64,000 nt of DNA from Minisyncoccota bacterium (lineage in GTDB: Bacteria; Patescibacteriota; Minisyncoccia; Phycocordibacterales; CSBR16-193), in contig JBBDRA010000003.1 of assembly GCA_040905715.1 (NCBI GenBank), positions 459,142-523,141 of the forward strand, read 5' to 3'. The notes beneath the pieces were generated by a model. The model was given only the letters and a program-made list of their open reading frames with translations, was not told the DNA's origin and searched no databases. The position numbers were made by a program, and so were the translations under genes. The stretch's first letter is position 1. Every line of letters starts with the position of its first letter. This document shows, one piece after another, positions 63,850-64,000 of the stretch.

Positions 63850-64000
63850 TCAGTTCCAGCCTTTCTCCTCCAACCCCCGCTCGGCTGCCTTCTGCTCCGC
63901 CTCCTGCTTAGAGTTTCCTTCCCCGAGGGCGACTTGCTCATCGGCCAGAAAGACACCGACCACGAACCGCTTATCGTGGTCCGGACCGCTTTCTTCTGTT
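63850..64000 (-). CDS. rnc: ribonuclease III, 3' end (dsRBD), partial
   Basis: Read manually: EESGPDHDKRFVVGVFL...GEGNSKQEAEQKAA..L*; lies upstream of smc. Confidence 0.85.
   Translation of the reverse strand, partial: TEESGPDHDKRFVVGVFLADEQVALGEGNSKQEAEQKAAERGLEEKGWN

Overview
Compact bacterial chromosomal segment that looks like Patescibacteria/CPR (Parcubacteria-like). This assignment is an inference from the short SMC, the rpoB-rpoC-dnaG-rpoD linkage, mostly SD-less core genes and the tRNA intron. Housekeeping genes include galU, manB, iscS-thiI, hisS, truB, uppP, rpoBC, dnaG, rpoD, trmD, khpA, rpsP, rnr, smc and the 3' end of rnc. A complete nine-gene V/A-type ATPase operon has a Na+-type K subunit and a permuted gene order. 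Highlights: (1) tRNA-Asn(GTT) is split inside the anticodon by a group I intron carrying an HNH endonuclease, and is flanked by unusual tRNA-derived inverted/direct repeat structures. (2) A tight three-gene array of phospho-His swivel proteins has only one ATP-grasp domain, dissimilar AT-rich middle domains and near-identical 3' DNA ends, suggesting a cassette-like dikinase/phosphotransfer system. (3) There is a 6S-like rod-shaped ncRNA candidate. (4) A ProV/ProW pair has degenerate ATPase motifs and no adjacent binding protein. (5) A secreted protein appears to be built from short Hcp-like and phage-tail-like motifs. All family assignments come from motif recognition by eye, not database searches.
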